From positions 96,001 through 160,000 of the forward strand of contig JAKFBS010000008.1 of assembly GCA_036677065.1 (NCBI GenBank): a stretch of 64,000 nucleotides of DNA. Reading direction: 5' to 3'. The DNA is from Bdellovibrio sp. Lineage in GTDB: Bacteria > Bdellovibrionota > Bdellovibrionia > Bdellovibrionales > Bdellovibrionaceae. A model generated the notes under the pieces. That model saw only the letters and a program-made list of their open reading frames with translations. It did not search any database and was not told where the DNA came from. Positions 62,713 to 64,000 of this stretch are shown piece after piece (position 1 is the stretch's first letter; each line of letters begins with the position of its first letter). The position numbers were made by a program, and so were the translations under genes.

Positions 62713-64000
62713 ATGACGACATGGATTTCAACATTTTTGATTGCTCTATTTTTTGTTTTTTCTGCATTCGCTGCAGAAAATTGCGGTCTCAGATCAGAAT
62801 CTCTTACAGATCTTGTAAAGATCAGCTGTGAAGAAACGAAAACTTCAAATCAATGTCAAAAAGTGTATCAAGAAATTAATGCAGCAGGTGGCGTGGCCTC
62901 AGAACGATCGTTAGTTTGTGATGGTGACCAAAATCAAAGTTGGTTATCAGCTTCTGCTGATTGGACCACGGGCTGCATGATCGGTGTCGGCGATTATTTT
63001 ATAAATATAGGTAAAACTATTGGTGAAACGGCCGCGCAAATTATGTTAAACCGCGAAGAAAAAGCTGCAGAGCTAGCTGCTTGTAACAAAGACATCAAAC
63101 AGAAAAAAATTCTTTACGAAGATTATAACGCTAGAATGCCAACAATTTTACAGGTTGCTGAACCGGCTGAATCACAGTTGCAAGATTTAACCTGTGAAAA
63201 AATTCATACAGATCTGACTATGCAACAGCGAAAGCTTTCAATGCGTGCGTTTAAAAAAGTGCGTGCCCGTTTAAATGATCGCACAGCAACGTATACTCCT
63301 GAAGAGCAACAATTCGTTGATTGGACAATTCAAACTAATAAACCAAAATTAGAAGCCAACGTAATTGATCTTGCAAAAGCACATTTAAAAAAAATGGGCG
63401 TGCTGTATGACTGTTATAACAGTAAATATCAAAAAGCTTTAATCTGTGAAGCTCTGGCCGAAGTCGCTCCGACACTATGGGGCGCAGCCAAAGCCGGTGC
63501 TGCCGCAGTAAAAGCTGCACGCGCGCAACGATTAGCAAAATTAGCAGGAGTTAAAAAAGTTGATGATTTCGTAGCTGACATTAAGGCTGCAGAACGCGCA
63601 ACCGATGGGCCTGGTGGGCGTATTATAAATCCTGCCGATAGAGAACGAATTCTTGCCACGGCGGCGGGTTTAACTCTCGAAGAGCGCATTATGGCTTTAG
63701 AAAAATTAAGAGGAAGCCCGCTATCAAAACGTGAAGCTGAGCAATGGATCAAAATGCATGACGTCGGAACCAAAGACGGTCGCGGTTTTGATACTTATAC
63801 AAAAGCCGACATTGATGCTAAACAAAAACTGGCCGCAGAAATTAATCCAGACACTGGTAAACCGTATTTTTCTAATGAAGAAACTAAAATCGGACTTCGC
63901 AATGGGATTACGGGTGGTTTGGCTAAAGTTCAAAAAGGCACCGCCCGCGAAATTTATGCGGCCAAAGCCGCCCAGCAAGATTATTCGCAATATCACCGGT
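62713..64000 (+). CDS. Secreted Cys-rich protein, 3'-truncated by the window edge (not in the ORF track)
   Basis: Translated by hand: MTTWISTFLIALFFVFSAFA-AENCGLRS..., with no stop codon before 64000. Confidence 0.85.
   Translation, partial: MTTWISTFLIALFFVFSAFAAENCGLRSESLTDLVKISCEETKTSNQCQKVYQEINAAGGVASERSLVCDGDQNQSWLSASADWTTGCMIGVGDYFINIGKTIGETAAQIMLNREEKAAELAACNKDIKQKKILYEDYNARMPTILQVAEPAESQLQDLTCEKIHTDLTMQQRKLSMRAFKKVRARLNDRTATYTPEEQQFVDWTIQTNKPKLEANVIDLAKAHLKKMGVLYDCYNSKYQKALICEALAEVAPTLWGAAKAGAAAVKAARAQRLAKLAGVKKVDDFVADIKAAERATDGPGGRIINPADRERILATAAGLTLEERIMALEKLRGSPLSKREAEQWIKMHDVGTKDGRGFDTYTKADIDAKQKLAAEINPDTGKPYFSNEETKIGLRNGITGGLAKVQKGTAREIYAAKAAQQDYSQYHR

Noticed and set aside
63335..63996. 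Three minus-strand ORFs in the track
   Set aside because: They are antisense shadows of the plus-strand ORF starting at 62713, which the track omits because it has no stop codon in the window.

Overview
AT-rich bacterial chromosome segment, most likely from a predatory Bdellovibrionota (Bdellovibrio/Pseudobdellovibrio-like) genome; this is inferred from the gene families present, not from a marker gene. About 18 kb encodes five large phage-tail-fibre-like trimeric adhesins resembling the Bdellovibrio mosaic adhesive trimer (MAT) fibres (<1-4514, 4645-7258, 7692-11069, 42789-47330, 52451-54865). They are built from shared, duplicated modules and end in different tip domains; one has an S74 chaperone and one has two homopolymer frameshifts in its 5' end. 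Their upstream regions share a GTCTCA-N3-TGAGAC palindrome and, in three of four cases, a sigma28-like promoter placed for leaderless translation. Other content: pyrC, a YciB-like protein, a Uup-type ABC-F protein, a divergent argGH / argCJBFR cluster with tandem ARG boxes (no argD), a hybrid kinase with response regulator, a RoxA-like diheme protein, an exported double AhpD protein, a secreted atypical kinase-like protein, peptidoglycan-related enzymes, a metal-uptake operon headed by a His-rich RAPP-motif leader ORF, an orphan DnaA homologue, an XRE regulator facing an unannotated small ORF across a tandem operator, and two copies of a ~55-bp palindromic REP-like element. No rRNA, tRNA, CRISPR array or IS element was recognised. 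All family assignments come from motif recognition by eye; no database searches were run.
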